In this document: in pieces, positions 1-9,145 of the stretch | How the letters are laid out: every line of letters begins with the position of its first letter | How positions within the stretch are numbered: position 1 is the stretch's first letter | Assembly: GCA_031277225.1 (NCBI GenBank) | Contig: JAITMQ010000134.1 | Location: 1-54,660, forward strand | DNA length: 54,660 bases | Source: Clostridiales bacterium | GTDB taxonomy: Bacteria > Bacillota > Clostridia > Lachnospirales > WRAX01 | Direction of reading: 5' to 3' | Program-made: the position numbers and the translations under genes | Notes under the pieces: model-generated | Told to the model about the DNA's origin: nothing | The model's input: only the letters and a program-made list of their open reading frames with translations | Databases searched by the model: none

Positions 1-345
1 GGGGATATTAAGATTGACCCTTGCGACAGATGCGCGGTTTTGATGGTGAATGTCTGCGACCCCATTCACACAAACTTGGAAGAAATTGTAATTCATGAAT
101 TGCTGCATCTCAAACTTTATGCCATGGACCAAACCATCGAAAAATACCTAAACGCAGTCTATGGCGCAGACGAAAGCTGCCCGCGGCGCGAGCTGGCCTA
201 TGGCGATTTTATGGTGCTTTTAGAATCGACTGTGCATGATTTAACCAAGAGCTTTTTGGCCTTGGGCGGCGAGGACAAAACCCTGTCTTTTGGGCGATTG
301 CAGCGAGAAGTTGCGCAGGAATTAGGCGGTGATGAGCCATTTTAG
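1..345 (+). CDS. hypothetical protein, 5'-partial (open from window edge), HExxH-like motif
   Basis: Frame 1 is open from base 1 to the stop at 343-345. The translation contains VIHELLHLKLYAMDQ. No family recognised. Confidence 0.4.
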   Translation, partial: GDIKIDPCDRCAVLMVNVCDPIHTNLEEIVIHELLHLKLYAMDQTIEKYLNAVYGADESCPRRELAYGDFMVLLESTVHDLTKSFLALGGEDKTLSFGRLQREVAQELGGDEPF

Positions 346-359
346 AGATTATTGCAAAA

Positions 360-1238
360 TTGCCGACGGCGGAAGAATTAAAGGCAGAATTTCGGCCTTC
401 TGCCTCGACCGTGGAGATTAAGGCCGCGCGGGATGCCGAAATTCGGCGGATTTTTTTGGGTAGGGCGGAAAAATTATTGTTGATTATTGGGCCATGTTCG
501 GCGCATTGTCCGGAACTTACTCTGGAATATGTCGGGCAGCTTGCCGAAGTCGCTTCGGAAGCCGGCGACAAAATTTTAATTGTGCCGAGGGTCTATACGG
601 CCAAGGCGCGCAGCGCGTCCATGGGCTTTATGGGGCTTATCCACGCGGGGGCGGGCGGCCTTAAGGCCGCCCGCAGGTTGCATCTCGATGTCCTCGAACA
701 AACAGGCCTCTCCACCGCCGACGAACTCTTGTACCCCGCGCTTTTGCCTTATTTTAGCGACCTTGTGAGCTATTTTGCCGTGGGCGCGCGTTCGGTGCTA
801 AATCAAGAGCATCGCCTGGTTGCGAGCGGCCTAAATTTGCCCGTGGGCATGAAAAACCCGCTTTGCGGCGATTTGGCAGCCATGCAGGCGGCGATTTGCG
901 CGGCAAAAAGTCCGCAGGAATTTATTTTTCGTGATAATTTCGTGAAAACGGGCGGCAATCCGCTGGCGCATGGGGTTTTGCGCGGCGGGCGCGCCCCGAA
1001 TTACCGCCAAGCCGCCGAGCTTGATATTCCGATTATAATTGACGCAAGCCACGGAAATTCGGGGAAAAACCCGCTGAAACAGCGCGAAGTCATCCTTGAC
1101 GTACTGAAAAACCGCCCAAAAAATCTTAAGGGCTTTATGATAGAAAGCTTTTTCGAGGGCGCGTCCATAACCGACCCCTGCCTAAACTGGCCAAAAACGC
1201 GGGATTTGATTTGTGAAATTGTGGAAGCTCTTGAATGA
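360..1238 (+). CDS. 3-deoxy-7-phosphoheptulonate (DAHP) synthase, compact class I-alpha-like
   Basis: LLLIIGPCSAH (GPCS metal-Cys motif), RVYTAKARS (variant of KPRT), GARSVLNQ, VLRGG, IIDASHGNS, MIESFF and SITDPC all align to E. coli AroG landmarks. Only 292 aa because of internal deletions. TTG start as given by the track. Confidence 0.8.
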   Translation: MPTAEELKAEFRPSASTVEIKAARDAEIRRIFLGRAEKLLLIIGPCSAHCPELTLEYVGQLAEVASEAGDKILIVPRVYTAKARSASMGFMGLIHAGAGGLKAARRLHLDVLEQTGLSTADELLYPALLPYFSDLVSYFAVGARSVLNQEHRLVASGLNLPVGMKNPLCGDLAAMQAAICAAKSPQEFIFRDNFVKTGGNPLAHGVLRGGRAPNYRQAAELDIPIIIDASHGNSGKNPLKQREVILDVLKNRPKNLKGFMIESFFEGASITDPCLNWPKTRDLICEIVEALE

Positions 1239-1242
1239 AAAA

Positions 1243-1449
1243 TCAACTACTAACTAATTCCTTATGTGCTGCCATAGGTATACGCAATGAAATTTTGCCA
1301 CTTTCCCTCGTTCTCAATCTCCGCATTTCCTCAAGCGTTATGCCCTTTTCCGTGTCATTTGCCGCCGCTATACGATTTATGGCTTCCAAATCCAAGGCAT
1401 CCGGCTCCACTTCCGGCGTGGCCAGAAATCTTTTTTCTATATCGCTCAT
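1243..1449 (-). CDS. putative antitoxin, RHH-like C-terminus that ends prematurely
   Basis: 68 aa. The start overlaps the toxin stop by 4 nt. The acidic N-terminus is followed by GKISLRIPMAAHKELVSS, a beta-strand plus helix start typical of HicB/BrnA-type RHH. The ORF stops 5 nt from the convergent DAHP synthase gene. Confidence 0.45.
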   Translation of the reverse strand: MSDIEKRFLATPEVEPDALDLEAINRIAAANDTEKGITLEEMRRLRTRESGKISLRIPMAAHKELVSS

Positions 1450-1712
1450 TTCGTATACCTCCTATAATTTATATTAGTTCTAGTATTTATTTCCTCTATG
1501 TGAATTATGTTGATTCCATTGTCATATGTAAAAATGAATCTATATTTTGGGATTTTAAGCCGATAAAATCTACCGCCTTTCAATCTAACTATGTCCCCAT
1601 CCCAAAACCTTAATTTTTCCAACGCCTTATCAAGCTTCGCAAATGTATTTCCGTCCACCTTGGATAAATACTTTTGCGGCTGTTTTTTAAGCTCTATATC
1701 TATAGGTTTCAT
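1446..1712 (-). CDS. type II toxin, RelE/ParE family
   Basis: From the internal ATG at 1712: MKPIDIELKKQPQKYLSKV...LKGGRFYRLKIPKYRFIFTYDNGINIIHIEEINTR, the RelE/ParE pattern. RBS GGAGAGTGAGGG lies upstream. The track's longer 133-aa start lacks an RBS. Confidence 0.75.
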   Translation of the reverse strand: MKPIDIELKKQPQKYLSKVDGNTFAKLDKALEKLRFWDGDIVRLKGGRFYRLKIPKYRFIFTYDNGINIIHIEEINTRTNINYRRYTK

Positions 1713-1734
1713 GCCCTCACTCTCCTGTATAACG

Positions 1735-1763
1735 ATATTATCACAACTTACACCAAATGTCAA
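1735..1763 (-). promoter_or_regulatory. sigma-A type promoter for the RelE operon
   Basis: On the minus strand: TTGACA, 17-nt spacer, TAATAT, about 20 nt upstream of the toxin RBS. Confidence 0.55.
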
Positions 1764-1841
1764 CGGCATTAAAAATAAGGCATATCGTCCAAGCGGCGCA
1801 CCATAAGCTTTAATTGAGCTTAATTTAAGGGGAGGGTTTTT

Positions 1842-2003
1842 ATGCATAGGCCCAGACCACCGCAGAACAACTTTTTGATGTTGTTTTTACTTATGATGAT
1901 GATGGACGGCCCCGGTTTTGGCGGCGATAATATGATGATGCTGCTTATTCTAATGATGATGATGCAACAGCCGGGCGGGATAATGGGAATGGAAGCGAAC
2001 TAG
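1842..2003 (+). CDS. unannotated 53-aa methionine-rich small ORF (15 Met)
   Basis: Strong RBS AAGGGGAGGG lies 5 nt upstream of ATG 1842. Translation: MHRPRPPQNNFLMLFLLMMMMDGPGFGGDNMMMLLILMMMMQQPGGIMGMEAN, which is an internal two-fold repeat. Below the track's 60-aa cut-off. Confidence 0.35.
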   Translation: MHRPRPPQNNFLMLFLLMMMMDGPGFGGDNMMMLLILMMMMQQPGGIMGMEAN

Positions 2004-2048
2004 AGACTAGAAACTAGAGGCTAGAAACTAGAAACTAGAGGCTAGAAA
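2001..2048. repeat. heptamer tandem array (CTAGARR)x7, also readable as 2 x 21 bp
   Basis: tagaga ctagaaa ctagagg ctagaaa ctagaaa ctagagg ctagaaa. It starts at the stop codon of the Met-rich ORF and places TAG in all three frames. Confidence 0.9.
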
Positions 2049-2052
2049 AGAC

Positions 2053-2081
2053 AAAAAAATCGGAGCTTAGCTCCGATTTTT
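2053..2081. terminator. bidirectional intrinsic terminator
   Basis: AAAAAAA-TCGGAGC-TTA-GCTCCGA-TTTTT, between the convergent Met-rich ORF and the ferredoxin gene. Confidence 0.8.
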
Positions 2082-2087
2082 ATTGTT

Positions 2088-2270
<183 letters not shown>

Positions 2271-2317
2271 TTAATATTTTTGGAGCATTGTCCGATATGT
2301 ATATAAGCTCCAAAATC

Positions 2318-2346
2318 ATAATACAACAAAACCAAAAAATTATCAA
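2318..2346 (-). promoter_or_regulatory. promoter for the ferredoxin gene
   Basis: On the minus strand: TTGATA, 17 nt, TATTAT. Confidence 0.5.
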
Positions 2347-2443
2347 GCCTTTTTTGAAAAATTTTTTCAAAAAACTATAGAAATTTTGGGCAATTTGTGG
2401 TACAATGGAAAGCGGACGCTAATTTTTCCTCGGAGGTTATGAT

Positions 2444-5400
2444 ATGAAATATAAAACTAAAGGTACAATTAAAAAAATAATTGCGGCAGTTTTGGCGGTG
2501 ATAATGCTGTTTGGAACGATTCCGTGGTTTGCAATACAGGCCCTCGCCGACACGCCTTTTGCCTTTGAGGCAAGTTTTGGCCGCGGCCTGCGCCCGGCCG
2601 GGCCAATTTATGACCCGTCGCCGGCACTTGCCACAGACCCATTGCCTGATGGGCAGGTGCATTTAAGCTGGCCGATAGAAGCCGACCCCGGCACAGTCTT
2701 CCGGCTGACTTTCCCTGTGGGCAATACTACGGGCAATAGCCTTAATCATCTTTATGTTGAAATTACGGGCACAAATACCGCCCTTGTGCGCTATGTGCCG
2801 GGGTCAACTTTGGGTGCTGCCTTTTCCGTTAATATAGGCGTGCCGCCCGATGCTTCACCGGGTTCGGTTAATTTCGTTTCTTTAGCCACTTTAGAGTCAA
2901 ATCAGCCCACCGGCGCAAATGTACCACCCGGCGTTTTTTTTCCCGACCGATATTATCCCCAACCGGGCGGCTTTGGCGACCCTGCGAATATTGACCCCGG
3001 AAATCCCGACTTTTTTATAGATTCAAGACATGAATATTTCGGTATGACACCGCTTTTTGGCATCCAACAGAACAATGGCGGGGGATTCTCGTTTAGGTCG
3101 GGCGTTCCCGGCGAGAGCGACTATATGACCGCCGCACATTCCATTTCTTTCCTTTGGGAAGGCGGCAATTTCCATGTAACCACGGGTGGCCTGCAACAGG
3201 GGCGGATTTATGATTTCACCTTAACTCAAGGAAGCGGTGCAATATACACAGCTGCAGACCCCGGCGCAGACCCCAATTTTACGCCCGTGTCCGGCCCGCC
3301 TTTGGGTACACAGGCTGTTTTTACCGGGTTTAATTACGCCGCCCGCCCTATAGCGCGCCATAGGGCTGCGCCGAATCCAAGAGCCGAGGACGCACAAGCT
3401 TCCCCCGAAGACCTTTTATTTGAAGGCAGAGAAAGTATGGGTTTGGATGGTAGAGGTGATTTCCCTATAGGATGGACAAATTGGGATTTAATTTCCACCT
3501 ATGACCCCGATAATCCTTTAAGTCATCCATCTAATGTGCTGATACATTACAATCCCATTGGTGATCCCGGAAACGACTTTTATCCTGCGGGCTTTACATC
3601 CGATACAGACCCGCCCGGGCAAGAAAATATGCTGGAATTTACGATTGAAATTCCGGAAAGATGGATTGGCGGCACTTTTGCACCTCTTCCTCTTGAAGAT
3701 ACCGGATCCGACCCGGTAATTGCGGGCGCGCGGACAATATTTGGCCCCGGCACCAGCTTGACTTTTGGAATTGATGATGGTATAGGAACAAACTATACCT
3801 TTATTATTCGTAATATATTTGCAGAAAATTACGAAATTTTCCGACAGCCCGATAATGGCCGTATTTTTGTGCTGCCTGCTTACGAGGGTAGCCTTGACAC
3901 CTCTGCTCGCCTAAGAACCACTATAATTTTAGATGGCAACGAACCATTCAGCATCCCCGCATCTCGCTTATTTTCGGAAAGTACGCTGGAATTTGGCGGC
4001 ACACGACCCGAAGGAATTGATTTAATGCGTGATGGGGTTTTTAGATTAAGTGGATTGCACACTTTTTTGTCCTATAGCGTGGTTTATATGGACGGGGATT
4101 TTCATGTGCGAATCGAACCTTTTGTGGGTCGCAATTCGGAAGGGTTGTACAGGATTGATTTTCATACCCCGCCTGCACCCGGTCAAACTGGTGCTTCTGT
4201 GAGGTCGGACGGAAGCGACAGACCCGTTTTTATACCGCTTATTTTAGCACCTAGTGCCTTTACGCAATTTAGCGTAATTTTTGAACCCGGTGGCTTAAAT
4301 CTATATTCCCAAATGATGGCTTTCGAGGCTACACCCGACCGTATGATTTTAACCGCGCCTGCAGGTTTTAATGTTGTGCCTAATAATCCTTCATTGAGCT
4401 ATATTTTGGATGGGGATGGCTTGGCGGAGTTTGAGATTGAGGCTCGTTGGCAAATGGGCATGGTGGGCGCAATGCGGGGCTTTTTTGACATTTTAAGTCC
4501 AATACCCTCTGACCCCCCCGACCCAAATGACCCCACAACCGTTGATGAAATAATCTTTACCTATGCAATTCGTTCCAGACAAGACCAAGACCAGCCGGGC
4601 AACGTTGCCGACAAAATTGCCGAGGTTGATATTTTGTTTACAATGCATAGAGCGGATGATGTGCCGACAGACCCGGAAACAGAACCTGCTTTTTTGGCCG
4701 GCGACATAACTTGGGAAATTATAGCAATCAGATATGGCATGGGTGCGCATGACTGCCTTGACCCCATATTGCCGCCCATTCCTCCTACATCTCCTCCGGA
4801 TTATATCGATTGCGGATGCTTTCCCGATGTGGGGGGCATTATCCGCGCCACTCTTGTCGAAACACAGCCCATAAACGTTTTCGTGCCCTTGCGCCTTATT
4901 GCAGATTCTGCGGAAGATGCGGAAGAAGGGCGCAGTCCATTGCTTTATGAAGGGATTTATTTCATGTCGAATGTGCTTATGCGCGTGAATCATGATGGCG
5001 TGGCCGACCCCGGCAGGCCTTTTGCGCATGAAATGTTTGAATCCAGCCACAACAATTACAGCTATATCACCATTTCAAGGCCGGATTTGCGGGATTTTCC
5101 CGGGCCGCAGAATTTGGAGGCGGATGTTCATGAAGGTGTTGCCGGTTTTGACATGACTTTTGGCGTTCCGGCGGTTGAAATTGACAGGTTTTTGGGGCGT
5201 TCGCCATTTCATAATGCGGGGCATGACCATAGGGTTACCTATCGCGTGTTTTTGGGCGCAAGTCGGCATATGCGCGAAATTGTCGGCCAAACCCCCGAAT
5301 GGCGCACCGATAATATAGGCATGGGCGCAAATGACATAATTTTCCCGATTTTAGGGGATGACGGCGCATATGGCGAAGTTCCGCCAAGGACGGATTGGAA

Positions 5401-8400
5401 TTCCGTGCCGGGCGACTTCAATTTCGGCGAATTGCCCTTAGATACGCCATTGACTTTTGATGAAATTGAAATTATTCCCGACATGGTGCGGGACGAGGAA
5501 GTCCGCAGGCAACTGGATGAAAGAGCCTATGAAGCCATTCAAGGTGCGCTTGTGGAGCATATTGTTGACGCGCTTGAAGAATTTGGAACGGACTTTGAAT
5601 ATATAAGCGACTGGCTGGAATATGTCGCACCCGGAGATGAGGAAGAGCATGACGACGCAAGAGCCGCCGCCTGGCCCGTCATTCGCAATGGCGTGATGGG
5701 AAGGGGCTGGGACGAGGCCACAATGTCCGCAATTTGGGCAAGTCAGGGCGATTTGGATGTAACCATTGCCCAATGGGCGGCTGTTATTTCGGGCTTTAAT
5801 TGGTGGCCGCATATTAGGCGCGATTGGGAGAGTGTTGCAAGCGATTTTGACCTTACAACCCTTGCATCATCAGACCGTTTTGACGCCATAACCCTAAGCG
5901 ACGCGCGGATTACACAGCCCATCTTAGGGCGGCTGGACATAGAGCGCGAGAATTTTTGGAATTTAATTAGCGTGGACTTTAGAGCGCATCTTGCCGAACA
6001 GCTTGATGATGAAATAATTATGATTTCGGATTGGTTGCATTATATTACGGGCAATCCTGTTTTGGGGCCCGTGCCGCCCGGACTTGCGGCCGCAAGAGAG
6101 GCGGGCTGGGCTTTAATTCGCGCGGGCGAAATAATTGAATACGAGGATTGGGATGACGTGATGTTGCCCATTTGGGCGGATTATACGGAACTTAACGCCA
6201 CGATAGCGGCTTGGACGGCTCTTTTGACGGATTTTGATTTTGCGCCCCAACCCGACACCTCGCCCGTGCTTGGCGATTTAATTGTCAATGGCGACAACGA
6301 GCAGGGCGTGTTTGACCTGCGCCCATTTATCGACCGCATAAGAGATGGCGTGGTTGTGCTGCAAATTCCATATGAAGCCTCTGTGCCGCCCGCCGATTTT
6401 AGGCAGATGTTTAGCTTTGTGGGCTTGGACTATAATTGGACTTATTATGTGATGGTGGATTCCTTTATACAATTTTACGACGGAGATATGCCTATTTTCA
6501 CGGAATATCCGCCGCACGCACGCGATTATTCCGGAAGCAGCGGCGTAGAGGCCTTTTCCACTTGGATTGAAGTTGTGCCGCCCGACGGCGGCGAGATTGT
6601 GCCGCCCGCCCCGCGCGAGCTTCGGGTTGAGGGGGTTACGCTTAACAGCGTAACGACTTCTTGGCTGGACGTGCCGCGCCCGGCAGAGCTTGAGGGCGCG
6701 CGCATTGAATTCGAGATTGTGCGTATGCGGAATATGCAAGTTTCACCCGCATATTTGCTTGATATGCGCGACCAGAGCGTGGCGCAATTTAGAGATGGCA
6801 TGACGGCGGAGGCGAGAGCCGCTTTCGAGGCGGCGGTTCGCACAAATCGTGTTCCCAATGCGGCGGGGCAATTGCAGCTTAGCTTGGTGAATCCTCCGAA
6901 TTTTACGCAGGGTGCGGCTGTGTTAAACAGCTTCCATTTATCGCATCCCGGCGAAGGGCGTGTCGAGCTTGAAAATCTCGGCCTTGTGCCCAATACGTTG
7001 TATTTTTACTATGTGCGTACGGTGTGGATAACCGACAGCGGCTATACCTATTCCAATTGGATGGTTGTTTCGGCCACAACGCAAATTGTTCAGCCGCCTA
7101 TAAACCTTAGAATTATGGACGGCAGGGGCTTTCCTGCGGCCAATATTAATCCCGAAAATCAAATCGTAATCCGTTTTGATGCGCCCGTTGGCGGCCTTGG
7201 TGCAGGAAATATCGCTATTGACCATGGCAACATCTTTGATTTCCGCTTCTCGCTTCGGGAGGAGGCGGGTTCTTGGGGTGCGCCTGTGCCTTTACCTAGT
7301 GTTTTGGGCGGCGGCGGCCAGCATAGGCTTTTGGAGCGACGGCCGTCCGTCGGTATGCCCGGCTATTATGAATTTACCTATGTCATCGGCGGCCTGCGCC
7401 CCGGCACGACATATAGTATTCGTGTGCATACTTTTGACCGCGCAAATAGCGGGGCGGATGTTTTTGCGCATGTTTATTCGGCATGGTCAAATATTGCGTC
7501 GGCAAGGACGGAGGTTGACCAAGATTATATCGATAGAGAGCGCGATAGGGACAATTTGCGCAGATATTTGCGCGATTTGCTTATGGAATTTATGCGCCGC
7601 CCCTATTGGGTTGCGCAAGACCGCCTAAACACCTTTATAACGCTGTATCGGCCGACTATGATAAATTATTTAATAAATGAAAACGGCACAATGATATTCT
7701 TGGCGGATTCCGAGCAAGATATAAATGTGTTCTATTTGCCGCAGGCGTTGTTTTTGCGAATTTGGGACGATGGGCAGGGCTTTATTGTGCAGCGCGGCCA
7801 AATGGAAATTTCTATACCAAATCAGGCCATAAACCGCGTCAATAGCCAGCCCGTGCTTTCTGCAATGACGCGAATTCGCGATGTGCGCGGAATTGAGGAC
7901 TATTATGTCCGTCTGACTTTGGATGTGAGAGAGCATCCCAATCAAATGATTCACGGCGCAACACCCGCGGGTCAGCAGGTTATAATGTCCGTTGAGGCCG
8001 TGGAATCGAACCGCAATGTGCGGGATTTGGACGAAGCCATTTTGCGCCAATTGCAATATTTGGTTGAAACCGACTATTATCTTAATAGAATTGTGGTCGG
8101 CAGAAGCATGACTTTTGCGCAAGAAATTGACAATATGATTGCGCGCGGCATGTCCTATCAATTTATGGTGCGCAGGCTTCATGAAATTGCGGAAATTATT
8201 ACGCAGGAAATGTCGGCATATGTTAATACGCGCCTTCGGGCTTCTGCCGGGCGCGTAACCGCATTTAATTATATAAGCCAGCCTGTTTCAATCGGACTTT
8301 TGAATGTAAATCCATCCGACATGGTTGGAGGATTCCAATTTGCGGGCGGAAATTGGGCGCGGCGCGAGGTGCTGACGCTTGGCACAACAAGGGTTATTCG

Positions 8401-8941
8401 TACATCTGTGCCGGGTTCGTTTGGCTTTAATTCGCAGACCGTTAATTTGCCCGGGCTAAGCAATATTCCGGGGCATGACCGCCTGCAAGGCATTATTATC
8501 AGCAATAATTTGACCGAATTTTTAGGAAGCGGCGCAACTTTTGACCTTAATGCGCCCATAAGCCTAAATGCCGTGCAGGGGATTGTGGCGCGGCTTGGCG
8601 GGGCGACTGCCGGTACAAATGCGCAAAATTGGTTGCGGCAAAGGGGTTATATTGTGCCCGTGCGGGGTGCTGCAGCCCCCGCGCAAACCCAAGAAGCCGT
8701 CTACACCGTCATGGCTCTTTACGAAATGCGCACGAATACAAGGGTTAATGACCTGCGCACCACGAATTTTAACGCCCTTGCGGGCATAAACGGCATTGAC
8801 GCGCGTATGCGCCCCTTTATACAGGCGGCCTTTGAGCTTAATATCTATAACAACCAAAACATGCAGCCCACCGGGACGATGACAACGGGGGATTTCTTGC
8901 GGATGCTGATTGCCCTTGACAGGCGGGTGGGATTGCAATAG
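2444..8941 (+). CDS. giant secreted cell-surface protein (2165 aa) with FN3-like modules and a degenerate C-terminal SLH-like anchor
   Basis: RBS GGAGG. Signal peptide MKYKTKGTIKKIIAAVLAVIMLFGTIPWFAIQALA. FN3-like segments include PPAPRELRVEGVTLNSVTTSWLD...LVPNTLYFYYVRTVW and GLRPGTTYSIRVHTFD. The C-terminal roughly 100 aa are homologous to the C-terminus of the 1431-aa neighbour and resemble SLH (..FIQAAFELNIY...MTTGDFLRMLIAL). Confidence 0.85.
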   Translation: MKYKTKGTIKKIIAAVLAVIMLFGTIPWFAIQALADTPFAFEASFGRGLRPAGPIYDPSPALATDPLPDGQVHLSWPIEADPGTVFRLTFPVGNTTGNSLNHLYVEITGTNTALVRYVPGSTLGAAFSVNIGVPPDASPGSVNFVSLATLESNQPTGANVPPGVFFPDRYYPQPGGFGDPANIDPGNPDFFIDSRHEYFGMTPLFGIQQNNGGGFSFRSGVPGESDYMTAAHSISFLWEGGNFHVTTGGLQQGRIYDFTLTQGSGAIYTAADPGADPNFTPVSGPPLGTQAVFTGFNYAARPIARHRAAPNPRAEDAQASPEDLLFEGRESMGLDGRGDFPIGWTNWDLISTYDPDNPLSHPSNVLIHYNPIGDPGNDFYPAGFTSDTDPPGQENMLEFTIEIPERWIGGTFAPLPLEDTGSDPVIAGARTIFGPGTSLTFGIDDGIGTNYTFIIRNIFAENYEIFRQPDNGRIFVLPAYEGSLDTSARLRTTIILDGNEPFSIPASRLFSESTLEFGGTRPEGIDLMRDGVFRLSGLHTFLSYSVVYMDGDFHVRIEPFVGRNSEGLYRIDFHTPPAPGQTGASVRSDGSDRPVFIPLILAPSAFTQFSVIFEPGGLNLYSQMMAFEATPDRMILTAPAGFNVVPNNPSLSYILDGDGLAEFEIEARWQMGMVGAMRGFFDILSPIPSDPPDPNDPTTVDEIIFTYAIRSRQDQDQPGNVADKIAEVDILFTMHRADDVPTDPETEPAFLAGDITWEIIAIRYGMGAHDCLDPILPPIPPTSPPDYIDCGCFPDVGGIIRATLVETQPINVFVPLRLIADSAEDAEEGRSPLLYEGIYFMSNVLMRVNHDGVADPGRPFAHEMFESSHNNYSYITISRPDLRDFPGPQNLEADVHEGVAGFDMTFGVPAVEIDRFLGRSPFHNAGHDHRVTYRVFLGASRHMREIVGQTPEWRTDNIGMGANDIIFPILGDDGAYGEVPPRTDWNSVPGDFNFGELPLDTPLTFDEIEIIPDMVRDEEVRRQLDERAYEAIQGALVEHIVDALEEFGTDFEYISDWLEYVAPGDEEEHDDARAAAWPVIRNGVMGRGWDEATMSAIWASQGDLDVTIAQWAAVISGFNWWPHIRRDWESVASDFDLTTLASSDRFDAITLSDARITQPILGRLDIERENFWNLISVDFRAHLAEQLDDEIIMISDWLHYITGNPVLGPVPPGLAAAREAGWALIRAGEIIEYEDWDDVMLPIWADYTELNATIAAWTALLTDFDFAPQPDTSPVLGDLIVNGDNEQGVFDLRPFIDRIRDGVVVLQIPYEASVPPADFRQMFSFVGLDYNWTYYVMVDSFIQFYDGDMPIFTEYPPHARDYSGSSGVEAFSTWIEVVPPDGGEIVPPAPRELRVEGVTLNSVTTSWLDVPRPAELEGARIEFEIVRMRNMQVSPAYLLDMRDQSVAQFRDGMTAEARAAFEAAVRTNRVPNAAGQLQLSLVNPPNFTQGAAVLNSFHLSHPGEGRVELENLGLVPNTLYFYYVRTVWITDSGYTYSNWMVVSATTQIVQPPINLRIMDGRGFPAANINPENQIVIRFDAPVGGLGAGNIAIDHGNIFDFRFSLREEAGSWGAPVPLPSVLGGGGQHRLLERRPSVGMPGYYEFTYVIGGLRPGTTYSIRVHTFDRANSGADVFAHVYSAWSNIASARTEVDQDYIDRERDRDNLRRYLRDLLMEFMRRPYWVAQDRLNTFITLYRPTMINYLINENGTMIFLADSEQDINVFYLPQALFLRIWDDGQGFIVQRGQMEISIPNQAINRVNSQPVLSAMTRIRDVRGIEDYYVRLTLDVREHPNQMIHGATPAGQQVIMSVEAVESNRNVRDLDEAILRQLQYLVETDYYLNRIVVGRSMTFAQEIDNMIARGMSYQFMVRRLHEIAEIITQEMSAYVNTRLRASAGRVTAFNYISQPVSIGLLNVNPSDMVGGFQFAGGNWARREVLTLGTTRVIRTSVPGSFGFNSQTVNLPGLSNIPGHDRLQGIIISNNLTEFLGSGATFDLNAPISLNAVQGIVARLGGATAGTNAQNWLRQRGYIVPVRGAAAPAQTQEAVYTVMALYEMRTNTRVNDLRTTNFNALAGINGIDARMRPFIQAAFELNIYNNQNMQPTGTMTTGDFLRMLIALDRRVGLQ

Positions 8942-8956
8942 AAAGAAGGTGTTTCA

Positions 8957-9145
8957 ATGATTGCGAGAGAGAATTTGTTGGATGAGATTAATTTGCTAAA
9001 AGAGGAAGATTATGTAAAGGTTGCTAAGTTTGTGGACTATCTTAGGAATTGGCGGTATGTGCCTGAATCCGTTTTGGTTGCAAGGATGGGAGTAGCGGAT
9101 ATTTGGGATTCGCCGGAGGAAGATGAAGCATGGAAAGACCTTTAG
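8957..9145 (+). CDS. antitoxin, DUF2281-like (partner of MazF/PemK)
   Basis: 62 aa. LLDEINLLKEEDYVKVAKFVDYL plus an acidic tail DIWDSPEEDEAWKDL. Overlaps the toxin gene by 16 nt. Locally lower GC. Confidence 0.6.
   Translation: MIARENLLDEINLLKEEDYVKVAKFVDYLRNWRYVPESVLVARMGVADIWDSPEEDEAWKDL

Noticed and set aside
1842-2081. The Met-rich ORF plus terminator could be a leader-peptide attenuator sensing Met-tRNA.
   Set aside because: The gene downstream of the terminator is convergent (ferredoxin on the other strand), so there is nothing for an attenuator to control. I also saw no alternative anti-terminator pairing.
2350-2376. The AT-only palindrome TTTTTTGAAAAA/TTTTTCAAAAAA between the ferredoxin and giant-gene promoters could be an operator.
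   Set aside because: It is low-complexity A/T sequence in a divergent promoter region, and I found no second copy or associated regulator. I noted it but did not consider it supportable as a feature.
4493-5050. Long antisense ORFs inside the big genes. Examples: 4493-5050(-), 6278-6993(-), 7670-8182(-), 10710-11522(-), 12390-13313(-), 13434-14075(-), 14953-15690(-), 28685-29356(+), 39923-40642(+), 47179-47817(-), 51395-52045(-), 52488-53039(-).
   Set aside because: All lie opposite ORFs with clear family signatures or signal peptides. They lack RBSs and have Arg/His/Cys/Pro-rich shadow-frame composition, so I treat them as non-coding.
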